Shown here: positions 50,666 through 60,287 of the stretch, piece by piece
Position numbering within the stretch: the stretch's first letter is position 1
How the letters are laid out: each line of letters begins with the position of its first letter
The notes under the pieces: generated by a model
The model's database searches: none
What the model was told of the DNA's origin: nothing
What the model saw: only the letters and a program-made list of their open reading frames with translations
Origin: an uncultured Desulfatitalea sp.
GTDB lineage: Bacteria; Desulfobacterota; Desulfobacteria; Desulfobacterales; Desulfosarcinaceae
Assembly: GCA_963668675.2 (NCBI GenBank)
Contig: CAXXMB010000002.1
Span: 576,001-640,000 of the forward strand
Length of the DNA: 64,000 nt
Reading direction: 5' to 3'
Made by a program: the position numbers and the translations under genes

Positions 50666-50812
50666 TTAGGCACATACCTTACAGCTTGTTAGGCATTGTT
50701 CATAAGCATCGGCCCTGCCATCGGGCGGCGTTTTGCTGTTTTCGCTCCAGTGGTTGAGTATACATTTGCTCACACAGCGTTGATCGTTGCTGGATATCTT
50801 TTGTCGAGACAT
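50666..50812 (-). CDS. 48-aa cysteine-rich micro-protein
   Basis: AAGGAGG RBS, ATG 50812, MSRQKISSNDQRCVSKCILNHWSENSKTPPDGRADAYEQCLTSCKVCA, followed by a strong hairpin. Confidence 0.7.
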   Translation of the reverse strand: MSRQKISSNDQRCVSKCILNHWSENSKTPPDGRADAYEQCLTSCKVCA

Positions 50813-51015
50813 GGCAACCTCCTTTCGGCGTCGTATCAGCATCTTCATGGTACGTTGTATTGCTATTGTCATATCGTAATCATCTATCCGTTCATCGCAA
50901 ACGCCACGCTATCTCTTTGCACATCCAATCCTTCTGCCCTTGCCAGGATATCAGAAGGAATAATGCCAGATTTGCAGAAATCGGCACCCCAAAATGCTCA
51001 GATAATATGGGGGGG

Positions 51016-53835
51016 TTAGAAAGTATAGCCGATGGAGAGATACCACCGCCCGCTGCTCTCACCGGGGCGGCGGTCGATCTTCTGGCCGTAGAAAATCCCC
51101 ACGGGGCCGATGGGGGTGATGTACTGCAACCCCAAACCGTAAGCCCAGCGAAAGTCGTCTTCACCCTCTTCCACCAGGGCCTTCTGAACGCTTCCGGTAT
51201 CGACGAAGGGGATCAGTTCGAAGTTGCGTCCGATATCGATCCTCGTTTCAAGACTGGCCGAAAGGGCCATCCGCCCGCCAACCGCTTTTCCTTCTGAATC
51301 GTATCGCAACAGGTTCTCTTTGTAGCCGCGCACCGTGTTGGCCCCGCCCAGGAAAAAGAGCTGATCCTGGGGCGGCTGATCGCCGCCATAAGGCTCTATG
51401 AAGCCTGCGTATAGCCGCCCTGCGAGGACGACCCTGCGGATCACCGGATAGAATCCCCGTGCATCGAAGCGGTATTTAACAAAATCATCCAGGGCGCTGT
51501 CCAGACCGGTGGAGAGGCCCACCGCCAGGCTAGTCAGCAAACCGCGTTGGGGCCGGATGAAAGAGTCCCGATTGTCCCATTGAATGGATGGGGTCACGAC
51601 AAACACAGTACGCGGTTCGAAATCTTCAGAACTCTGATAGTCCGCGGCCGGGGAATCATCCCTCAGGAACTGCTCTCTGCGTTCAAATTGATTGGCCAGC
51701 ACGGTCTTCCAGAAAGGCCCCCAATCACGCGAGAAACTCAGGCTGGCACCAGTGGTATCGACGCCGAAGTCCTGGTTGAACGGTTGGCTGCGTTCATAAT
51801 AGAGGCCTGCATTGGCACTGAACTCGGAACCGAGCAACCGGGGTTCGAAGATGCTCAGATCGTATCTGCTGCCCACTTCACTGGCCTCGCCGCTTAGGGA
51901 GACATCCTTGCCGGTACCTAAAAAGTTATGGTCGCCCACCTTGGCGCGCCCAAAAATTCCCTTGTCGGTTTGATAGCCGCCGCCGATCTCAAGATAGTAG
52001 GGCCTCTTTTCGGAACATCGTATAAACAGATGGACTGTATCGGCTTTCTCTTTCAGTCCGACGGTGCGGACCTGGACCGAATCAAATACGTTTAAGTTGC
52101 GCAGTCGGCGCTGCGCCTCTAGTATCTGTCGGAGATTGAAAGGTGCTTTTGGATCGATGCCCATTTCCCGCCGAAGAAAACGTTCCCGGGTCCTGAAGTT
52201 ACCGAAAAAGAATATCTCTCCTGCCCGCACGAGTTCCCCGGCGTCAATGGTGAACACAATATCTGCGTGGGTTCGATCTTGCGTAAACATCTCTTTGCCA
52301 GTGACGGTGACGTAAGGATAACCGGCGGCCGATATAGCGGAAGATAGTGTCTCTTCATCCGCCCTGAGTTGACTGGGGAGATAGATTTCGCCCGGTGCCA
52401 GCTTGATTTTCTCCATGAGCTCGGTTGCGGCGATAGGCGAATCACCTTCCATCAGAATTTTCCCGACGACTGTCTGAGGCCCTTCCTCTACTTGAATGGC
52501 AACCCGCACTTCCGCGCTGGCCGCATCGATCTGCACCTCTTCCGCGATGCGCGCGCCCAGATAGCCCCTGCTCCGGTAAAGTGCGCCGATGGCCAGGAGG
52601 TCCTCGTGCAGCACCTCTTTCACATAGGCGCCGCTTCTCAATCCCTGGGGGGTTCGGGTCAACATCTGTTTGGCAATGGTCTGATCATCCAGATGGACAT
52701 TACCCGTGATGGCCACCTGCGTCACAATGTGGCGGCGGCCTTCATCTATCTGTATGGCCACCTCCTTTACGTCAAAAAGCTCACCAGGCAACGTCGAGAC
52801 CTGCCACCGAACCTGAACCTCCGCGAAACCAGCGGCAAGATAGCGCCGACGAATGTTCTGAATACTCCGGCGAAGGCCGATATTGCCGCGATTGCCCTTC
52901 TCGAAAAGGACAAGATCCCTTTTTAACCTGAAATCTGAAAAAAACTGATTGCCCTCAAATCGAACGGTGTAGCGTTGCCCCTCTTCGATTTTCAAATCAC
53001 ATAAGACCTGCCTGCGTTCCGCGTCACGCTCAAGATCCGCAGTGATTGAGACATCGGCAAACCCCTTTTTGCGATAAAAGGTGGTCAACTTGTTGATATC
53101 TTCACTGAAATCTTTGGCCACGAACCGCCCGAATCCCAACCCCAAGATTTTTCTACGCCAGGTTTTGAGGCGACGGATGATGCTGGCATCCTCATAAGCA
53201 CTATTGCCGTTCAACTGCACGTGTCCGAGCGTATAATAGGCCCCCTTATCGATGGTCACATTCAGGTGATAGTGACCACCGCCATTCTCCTCCTGGTCCC
53301 AATCGATGTGAACCCGGGGATCGACATAGCCCTCGTTGCGGTAAAGGTCTTTGATCAGGGCTTCCTGGTCGGGTATGTCGCTGGAACGAAAAATATCGCC
53401 GGAGGCGACGGTCATCACAGTGCGCACATCCTTTTCAAAAAGAGGGTAAGTACCGCTGATTCCGATGGATTTGATACGCTTGTAAGGTCGAATTTCAAAT
53501 GTTACGACAGCGCCACCGGACTGGGGGACGACATCGACTGCCACCGATGCAAATGCGGTGAGTGCTTTGCGGGATTCGGCAAGCCGCTGCGGGGTCAAAA
53601 GATCGCCGGGTTTCAACTGAATCAAAACGGCGGCGGCCCCTTGCCAATCAAATCCATCGGGACTGGCGTCGTCTACCCGAATGATGATTTCGTTTACCGG
53701 CAAGGATGGTCCGTCCCACTGGAATTCTGCGCTGGTATCCGCGTAAGGGGCGCTCGATATCGGCAACAGCATAACCCCAGGCACAAAACACCATAAAATG
53801 AGAAGCATCCTGGTCCACTTCCGATTATTGCGCAT
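51016..53835 (-). CDS. Omp85-family outer-membrane protein (BamA/TamA-like) with multiple POTRA domains
   Basis: Signal peptide, repeated POTRA motifs (GN…Y…GY/F), VRGY loop (TVRGYKEN), C-terminal beta-signal YLSIGYTF. Confidence 0.9.
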   Translation of the reverse strand: MRNNRKWTRMLLILWCFVPGVMLLPISSAPYADTSAEFQWDGPSLPVNEIIIRVDDASPDGFDWQGAAAVLIQLKPGDLLTPQRLAESRKALTAFASVAVDVVPQSGGAVVTFEIRPYKRIKSIGISGTYPLFEKDVRTVMTVASGDIFRSSDIPDQEALIKDLYRNEGYVDPRVHIDWDQEENGGGHYHLNVTIDKGAYYTLGHVQLNGNSAYEDASIIRRLKTWRRKILGLGFGRFVAKDFSEDINKLTTFYRKKGFADVSITADLERDAERRQVLCDLKIEEGQRYTVRFEGNQFFSDFRLKRDLVLFEKGNRGNIGLRRSIQNIRRRYLAAGFAEVQVRWQVSTLPGELFDVKEVAIQIDEGRRHIVTQVAITGNVHLDDQTIAKQMLTRTPQGLRSGAYVKEVLHEDLLAIGALYRSRGYLGARIAEEVQIDAASAEVRVAIQVEEGPQTVVGKILMEGDSPIAATELMEKIKLAPGEIYLPSQLRADEETLSSAISAAGYPYVTVTGKEMFTQDRTHADIVFTIDAGELVRAGEIFFFGNFRTRERFLRREMGIDPKAPFNLRQILEAQRRLRNLNVFDSVQVRTVGLKEKADTVHLFIRCSEKRPYYLEIGGGYQTDKGIFGRAKVGDHNFLGTGKDVSLSGEASEVGSRYDLSIFEPRLLGSEFSANAGLYYERSQPFNQDFGVDTTGASLSFSRDWGPFWKTVLANQFERREQFLRDDSPAADYQSSEDFEPRTVFVVTPSIQWDNRDSFIRPQRGLLTSLAVGLSTGLDSALDDFVKYRFDARGFYPVIRRVVLAGRLYAGFIEPYGGDQPPQDQLFFLGGANTVRGYKENLLRYDSEGKAVGGRMALSASLETRIDIGRNFELIPFVDTGSVQKALVEEGEDDFRWAYGLGLQYITPIGPVGIFYGQKIDRRPGESSGRWYLSIGYTF

Positions 53836-53946
53836 ATGCCCCGCCTGCGGTGATTCCTGTAAAGCTGCGATCAGTCACTCATATCCTCTTTTGCTTGAGA
53901 AAGAAGTGATATTTGAACTACTTTGGACCGAAAGGTGAGGGCCAGA

Positions 53947-56900
53947 TTATCTGAATTCGATACGAAATAAAAGCTCACCACCGTAGTTTCCGGCCGTGTC
54001 CTGAAAACCGCTGGCCGACATATGTTCCAGAAGCCGGTATTCTGAAATGGCCCGCTGCACCAACTGGTTGTCCTTGGATTCCACGGCATACTTGACGGTA
54101 AGACGCGAAGTCAATTTCTTCCCAACGGTCACCTGTATGCGATCGCTGCTCTCTTCATCCGCTTCGGCGCCGGTCTCCACCTCCAGGATGTCAACGCCGG
54201 TCCCCTTTTTAATATCCTCACCCCACGCCGAAGCAGCCAATGCCGCCAGCATCTGCCCGGTGGTGGCCTCTCCGCCACCGCCGTTTTTCGATAACTCGGT
54301 GCTCGTCTGGCCGAGCAGAATCAGGGAGAGGATATTGGCATCGGATTCGGGGGGGTCCGAACTGAGCGCGATCTTCAAGTTCTCCGGGGTACCTTCGGCG
54401 GAGAGGCGTACCTGCCATTTGCGTATCTGGGTTTCCGCCTGAATATCGATGGAGGGTTCTATCTTATAAGGATTGACGAAATCTACGACCCCTCGCTTGA
54501 CCTCGAAAGACTTCTTGCGAAAGATGACTTCGCCATCAGTGACTTGGGCCCTTCCGTTGAGTATGGGCCTTGCGGCTGTGCCGGAGAACTTCAGGTCGGG
54601 CGCTACCTCCAGACGGGCGACATTGTTATCCACGAGCATGGGGTAGCGATGGGTCAGGGTCACGGCCAATCGGATGTTATTCATCCATTCCGGCGCTTCC
54701 CAGCGCGATGGCACCGGCTCGGCCCTCTGGGGATCGGTTATAGTGGACAGCAGGTTCAGACGCAGATTTTTATAGTAGGCCCCTTCCAGCAAAACCACGC
54801 GGCCGTCCAGAAGGGCGTCCCGGCTATCGCCTTTGAGCGTCAAGTCGGCTGCGATTTTGGCGTCCATGGTGTCCGGCCACTGCAGTGGCAGGGCTTGGGC
54901 CTGAAACCTCAGGTTCACTTTTTCAGGCCGCAGACCGGCCAACCCGACCTGACCATCGAGGCTGAACGAACCGTCATCCAACTTTCCCGATATTGAATCA
55001 ATGCTTAACAACTCCGGTGAAATAGTAATTTTTCCGTTTAGACCGTGAACCGATTGCCCCATATCGATCAACAGGAATTTGAGCTCTTCCATGGTCAGAT
55101 CGCCTTGCCAACGCATCCTTTGCCACGGGCCCTGCCCCTCTATCTGAAAGAGAATGTTCCCGGCAGCGTTGCCAATTTCATCGCTGAAGGGATCGAGCGC
55201 TGCCAGGGGAAGACGCCCACCCGCCTTGGCCGACAGGCTTTTGGCGAGGTGGCCGTTCACGGCCACCTTCAGGTGCCCATCCTGCATCAATTTCATCCTG
55301 GTTTCGGGCAGATCGATCGAGCCGTTGTGCAAGCGGGCCTCTAGCCGCTCAAAAGAGAGCAGTTCCGCCTCCTGGTATATCAAGTTCGCATCAGACAGGG
55401 AGAGCACCGCATCGATATTTTTCGGCTGGCGCCAGTTGCCCCTTGCCTGCAGCCTGCCCGTAAGCCGTCCCTTCCAGTGCTGATCCGCCACAACGGCCAA
55501 ATAGGGGCCCAGATCGGTTCGATCCAGATCAGCAGCCAAATCGAAATCTCCACTGTCCAGGTAGCCATTGGCGGTAAGCTTGAAGGTAAGATCGGCGTCT
55601 AATGCCAAATGCTGATCTAACAATGAGAGATTCAGCCTGAAATCCTCCCAGGTGTGTCCATAAATCTCGGGCTGTCGGATCAACATGTGAGCGGATACCT
55701 GTGGATGGGCCAGCGTTCCACTGGCATCGATGGCCCCTTCCAATGTACCGTCGACCACACCACCTTTTTGCAGTCCTTCGATATGCCGCAATGCAATGCC
55801 CTTGATGGAAAGCCTTGCTTCCATGCGCTGATCGGACGCGTACCAACCGCTGCCGCTGAGCTCCTGCCCCGGCGCCACGGCGACGGCCAGCCGATCCAAA
55901 TGGACGATCTTGTCGGCCAGTCGTCCGCTCAGGTGTACCGAATCGAGTTTCTGATAGCGTAAATCAAGGCTGCGGCCCTCCAGCAGGTAAGCGCCGCTCA
56001 ATGTTGAAAAAGTACCTGCCAGAGAGGCATGCAACGCTATCTTGCCGCCCAACCCCGGAAGGATATCCTTAAGGTGCAGGGCATCGGAGGTCACTTCGGC
56101 TGTCACCTGGGGATCGGACAGCCACGCGCCGCCTTCTGGTGACCGCAACCGCAGGTCGCCTTGCACGCCGATGCTGGATTGCCCGCTCGACAGGTTGACA
56201 CCGGGTACGCTCAGGTGCCCATCGTCCCAGAGGATACGGCCATCGGCACGGGCATCGATACCCTTCCAGGCAGCGGAGCTGGGAGCCAGGTCGAGCGTTG
56301 CCTGGGGGTGTGCAATGGTGCCTGTCGCATGGAGCTTGCCATTTATCGATAGTGTAACATCCTGTTCCTCGTAAAAATCAGAGAGAGTGACTTGGTCCAA
56401 CTTAAAGGTTGCGTCGATGGCAGGATCAGAGAGCCAGCGGCCCCCATCATCCATTACTCCCAACTCGCCTTTGCCTTCGAGATAGCTGCCTTGGTTCTCG
56501 AGGACCAGCCTCGAAAAGTGGATGGTGCCGTTTGGCTTCATGTTCGCCTCGGCCAGGAGGCGGCCGAACCGCCATCGTCCGAACGCCACATCCTGGGTGA
56601 GAAGCGCACCGTGTGCCTCGGGGCGGCTCCATGGGCCATGGGCATCCAGTTTCAGAATGCCTCTGCCGGAAGGCAACGTGATCCCCAACGCCTGGCCCAA
56701 GGTGTCGATGCGATCCAGTCGCAGCGTCGCCGACGAAGCCAACTGCCGCGCAGCCCAATCGATGACCCCGTTGGCTTGCAGGGTGCTGTCGCCAAGCGTT
56801 GCCTGGCACGAATCGATTTTGATTTTCCGATCGGCCCAGCGAAGGTAGGCGGCAAACTCACCATCGGACGCCAGAGCGGCTTCAGCCGCTTTCAGCTTCT

Positions 56901-58152
56901 CCACGGATAGGTTGATCTCGGCCTGCCCGGCACCATCTCCTTGCTGCCCAACAGTACCCTGGACGCGCACGCTCCCCTGCCAGACGCCGTCCCATGCAAC
57001 GCCGAGTGCCGGTATCTGCCGGGGCACCACATCACGCCCTCTAATATCGAGCTGGAGGGCCGCCGATTCAAGCCCCAACGCAGCATGCCGGAAAGAGCTG
57101 GGAAAGACAGGGCGCAAGTCCAACTGGCCGGAGAGCTCCAACGCTCCCCAACGATCATCCGTCGACAATCGAACAATCTCCACCACACGCCGATCCAGAA
57201 CGGCCTCAAGCGATAAGGATCGTAGGGAGGTTCCCCAACCGCCACCATCGGAGAGTGTCATCCGCAGCGCCGCACTGGGATCGTCAAGGTGGCCGTTCAG
57301 CGTAACCTCCCCCCTGGCTCTGCCATATAGCACCGCAGGCTGCGGCAGCCACTGCCGGAACGCTTCCAAATCGACATCGAAGTCCCCCACCAGTGCTGCC
57401 GCCGGATGGGGTTGATCCAGATCGAGGCGACCCTTGACCGTTAACTGCGATCCGGGCGTTTGTAGTGACACGTTGAGGGGTTGTGCTGCCGTTGGCCGGT
57501 AACGGGCCGACATGACGATGTCATGAACAGCTGTAACGGCTTCTTTCCGCTCAATCTCTGCATTGCCAATGGATACCCGAATATCGGCTGTACGTTGATG
57601 CAGGTCACCACTGGCCATAAGGCCGATCCCCTCGGCGTGTCCACGCCATCCCGCAGCCGGCCGCTCCAGGGAGAGCCTGCCGTTGGTGATGTTCAGGCTG
57701 TTCACGCGCAACTGCCAGCCAGCATCGCCTGCCGTATCCTCAGCATCCTGGTTGGCTTGCGAAGATACGATTTTAAGCAGGTTCAGTCGGTCCTGATGGT
57801 CGTATATGACTGCCAAAGCGGGATCTTCGATCTCCAGTGAGGAGAGGTGCACGGCCCGCCCCGCCAAGGCCAGCCAGCGCCATCGAACAGACAACTGCTT
57901 GATGCCGGCCACCTCGCTGCCGGCGGCATCGGTCAGTTGAATATCGGATAATCGAAGCCGGCCTGAGATGAAATTCACCCGGTGGTCGCCCACCGTCAGA
58001 TGGCCGTTAATCCTCTCATTGACTTTGCCGACCACCAATGTGCGACAAGCTGCGCTGTTGGCATAGATGGCAACGGCAGCCAGGGCTGCCATCCACAGCA
58101 GGCAAAAGATTGTGCCCGCAAAGAGCACTATGTTCCATTTTCGTTTGCGCAT
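53947..58152 (-). CDS. tamB: Translocation/assembly module TamB-like protein
   Basis: N-terminal TM anchor, long beta-rich body, DUF490-like C-terminus (LSSDPPESDANILSLILLG, VGKKLT). Adjacent to an Omp85 gene. Confidence 0.88.
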   Translation of the reverse strand: MRKRKWNIVLFAGTIFCLLWMAALAAVAIYANSAACRTLVVGKVNERINGHLTVGDHRVNFISGRLRLSDIQLTDAAGSEVAGIKQLSVRWRWLALAGRAVHLSSLEIEDPALAVIYDHQDRLNLLKIVSSQANQDAEDTAGDAGWQLRVNSLNITNGRLSLERPAAGWRGHAEGIGLMASGDLHQRTADIRVSIGNAEIERKEAVTAVHDIVMSARYRPTAAQPLNVSLQTPGSQLTVKGRLDLDQPHPAAALVGDFDVDLEAFRQWLPQPAVLYGRARGEVTLNGHLDDPSAALRMTLSDGGGWGTSLRSLSLEAVLDRRVVEIVRLSTDDRWGALELSGQLDLRPVFPSSFRHAALGLESAALQLDIRGRDVVPRQIPALGVAWDGVWQGSVRVQGTVGQQGDGAGQAEINLSVEKLKAAEAALASDGEFAAYLRWADRKIKIDSCQATLGDSTLQANGVIDWAARQLASSATLRLDRIDTLGQALGITLPSGRGILKLDAHGPWSRPEAHGALLTQDVAFGRWRFGRLLAEANMKPNGTIHFSRLVLENQGSYLEGKGELGVMDDGGRWLSDPAIDATFKLDQVTLSDFYEEQDVTLSINGKLHATGTIAHPQATLDLAPSSAAWKGIDARADGRILWDDGHLSVPGVNLSSGQSSIGVQGDLRLRSPEGGAWLSDPQVTAEVTSDALHLKDILPGLGGKIALHASLAGTFSTLSGAYLLEGRSLDLRYQKLDSVHLSGRLADKIVHLDRLAVAVAPGQELSGSGWYASDQRMEARLSIKGIALRHIEGLQKGGVVDGTLEGAIDASGTLAHPQVSAHMLIRQPEIYGHTWEDFRLNLSLLDQHLALDADLTFKLTANGYLDSGDFDLAADLDRTDLGPYLAVVADQHWKGRLTGRLQARGNWRQPKNIDAVLSLSDANLIYQEAELLSFERLEARLHNGSIDLPETRMKLMQDGHLKVAVNGHLAKSLSAKAGGRLPLAALDPFSDEIGNAAGNILFQIEGQGPWQRMRWQGDLTMEELKFLLIDMGQSVHGLNGKITISPELLSIDSISGKLDDGSFSLDGQVGLAGLRPEKVNLRFQAQALPLQWPDTMDAKIAADLTLKGDSRDALLDGRVVLLEGAYYKNLRLNLLSTITDPQRAEPVPSRWEAPEWMNNIRLAVTLTHRYPMLVDNNVARLEVAPDLKFSGTAARPILNGRAQVTDGEVIFRKKSFEVKRGVVDFVNPYKIEPSIDIQAETQIRKWQVRLSAEGTPENLKIALSSDPPESDANILSLILLGQTSTELSKNGGGGEATTGQMLAALAASAWGEDIKKGTGVDILEVETGAEADEESSDRIQVTVGKKLTSRLTVKYAVESKDNQLVQRAISEYRLLEHMSASGFQDTAGNYGGELLFRIEFR

Positions 58153-58319
58153 TGGCGGTCATCTTACGGCAAGGCCAGTGTCAGCTTCAAGTATTCATAC
58201 AAAATTAATTGATCAAGAGAGGCGGAATCGGCAGGAGAGCGGTTGAGGGGCCGTTCGCCGGCAAGCTCTAGACAGCAGACGTATTCCTTGGGAGGCCGGG
58301 CGTTGCAACTGTTTCATCG

Positions 58320-58361
58320 AAAAAAAGCCGGCAAGCTGCAGGATTCCCGCGGCTTGCCGGC
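58320..58361 (-). terminator. Rho-independent terminator of the etf operon
   Basis: GCCGGCAAGC…GCTTGCCGGC stem with an A-run on the + strand (U-tract on the - strand). Confidence 0.8.
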
Positions 58362-58394
58362 CCATTGGCTTCTATTGGATTGCGATAACGGTAG

Positions 58395-59354
58395 TTAGCC
58401 GAGCTTCTCCGTCAAAGCAGGCATGAACTCGAGAATGTCTTCCACGATACCGATGTCGGCCACCTGAAAAATGGGCGCTTTTGCATTCTTGTTCACTGCC
58501 ACGAGGAAAGGGGAACCTTTGATACCGCCCAAATGCTGGAACGAACCGCTGATACCCAGGGCCATGTATACTTTGGGTTTGACGGTCTTTCCGGAGGTAC
58601 CCACCTGACGAGATTTTTCCAGCCACTTGGCGTCCACGATGGGCCGCGAACAGCTGACCACAGCCCCCATGGCCTCGGCCAGCTCTTCGGCGATCTCGAT
58701 ATTGTCTTCATCTTCGATGCCGCGGCCAATGGAAACCAGTACATCCGATTTGGTGATGTCCACATCGCCGGCCTCGGCTTCGACAACTTCGAGGTAACGC
58801 CGTTTGGCGCTGAGGTCGCCAGCATCGCCGGACTTGTCGGTCACGCTGCCTGAGAGGGCGCCATCTTCGGGCTGAAAGCAACCCGGACGCAGGGTCAAAA
58901 CCGCACCGGCTGCCGTGTCGCAGGTAACGTGGGCATGAGCCATGCCGGCAAATTCCTGGCGGACGATCTTCATGGTTGCGCCGTCCATCCCGTCGATGTC
59001 GACCACGTCGGCGACGTAAGCGGAATCCAATTTAATGGAGAGACCGGGGGCAAGGTCCATTCCGAAGGTGTCGTGGGGGACCAGCACGATGCTCTCTTTG
59101 GGCAGCAGATTGGCCAGCGCCTTGCGGATGACCTCGGCGTTGGGATAGGCCAAATCGGCATTGTCGATCTTCCAAACCTGAGCATAGAGTTTTGCTGCGC
59201 CCTCACAGGCTTTATCCAAATCACCGCCGGAGCCGGTCACAATGGCCGTAACTTCTGCGGAGGCGTCAATTTTCTTGGCCGCCACAGCCAGTTCGGCGGC
59301 TGAGTCTTCGAGAACCCCACCTTTGTGAGCGATATAGGCAAATATCTGAGCCAT
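58395..59354 (-). CDS. etfA: Electron transfer flavoprotein alpha subunit
   Basis: VSIGRGI, SCSRPIVD, RQVGTSGKTVKPKVY, GISGSFQH, APIFQVAD. Confidence 0.95.
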   Translation of the reverse strand: MAQIFAYIAHKGGVLEDSAAELAVAAKKIDASAEVTAIVTGSGGDLDKACEGAAKLYAQVWKIDNADLAYPNAEVIRKALANLLPKESIVLVPHDTFGMDLAPGLSIKLDSAYVADVVDIDGMDGATMKIVRQEFAGMAHAHVTCDTAAGAVLTLRPGCFQPEDGALSGSVTDKSGDAGDLSAKRRYLEVVEAEAGDVDITKSDVLVSIGRGIEDEDNIEIAEELAEAMGAVVSCSRPIVDAKWLEKSRQVGTSGKTVKPKVYMALGISGSFQHLGGIKGSPFLVAVNKNAKAPIFQVADIGIVEDILEFMPALTEKLG

Positions 59355-60145
59355 TATTTCAACCCTCCTTTGGCTTTCAAAAGTTCAATCAGTTTGTCGA
59401 TTTTCTCTTCCATGCTGCCTTCTAGCATCTCTGCGCCTTCACCCATTTCCGGCGTGAAGTAGTCGACCCGTTTCACGGCAGCGCCGGCGGCGCCGATGCG
59501 GTCGGCGGCGACGCCCAGATCCCCGGCCCCATGGGTCGGGATTTCAACCGAAGCCACTTTGCGGATACCACGAATACCCACATAGCGCGGCTCGTTGATG
59601 CCGGTCTGGATGGAGAGCACGCAGGGCAGTTCGATCTCGTTCATCTCCTGATTGCCGCCCTCGATTTCGCGTCCAACCTTGATGGTTTTACCGTCGCTGA
59701 CGTCAACTTTATTGACGAGAGAGGCATAGGGCATATCCAGCATAGCGGCCAGCATGCCGCCCACCTGTGCCGCGCCGCCGTCGGCCTGGGCACCGGTGAG
59801 GATCAGATCGTAGTTTCCTTTTTCAACGATGGCTTTCAAGATGGTGGCAATGCCGCGTCCATCCGAATCTTCGAAAGCATCGTCGGACAGCAGAATGCCC
59901 TTGTCCGCGCCCATGGCCATCTGCCGGCGCAGGACCTCTTCGGACTCGTCGTCGCCGACGGTGACCACGGTCACAGATCCGCCCACGTTGTCCCGAATCT
60001 GAATGGCCTCTTCCGTGGCGTAGTTGTCCCACTCGTTGACCGAATATACCAGGTCATCACGTTCGATGTCGGTTCCGTCGCCTTTTATCTCAATTTCATT
60101 TTCGGCAGTATCCGGAACCCGTTTCACACATACCAGAATCTCCAT
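59354..60145 (-). CDS. etfB: Electron transfer flavoprotein beta subunit
   Basis: MEILVCVKRVPD, NEWDNYA, AMGADKG, GAQADG, INEPRY. Confidence 0.95.
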   Translation of the reverse strand: MEILVCVKRVPDTAENEIEIKGDGTDIERDDLVYSVNEWDNYATEEAIQIRDNVGGSVTVVTVGDDESEEVLRRQMAMGADKGILLSDDAFEDSDGRGIATILKAIVEKGNYDLILTGAQADGGAAQVGGMLAAMLDMPYASLVNKVDVSDGKTIKVGREIEGGNQEMNEIELPCVLSIQTGINEPRYVGIRGIRKVASVEIPTHGAGDLGVAADRIGAAGAAVKRVDYFTPEMGEGAEMLEGSMEEKIDKLIELLKAKGGLK

Positions 60146-60287
60146 GTTTAATCCTCCCTGATCGAAATATGGTTCCCTTAAATCAAAACGTTATATTTTT
60201 TCGACGCCCCATGGGCATCTGTTATTCACCGTCGGGCCATAAGGACCATGGCCCGATATTTAAGAACAGGGCACGCCCGCATCCGGA

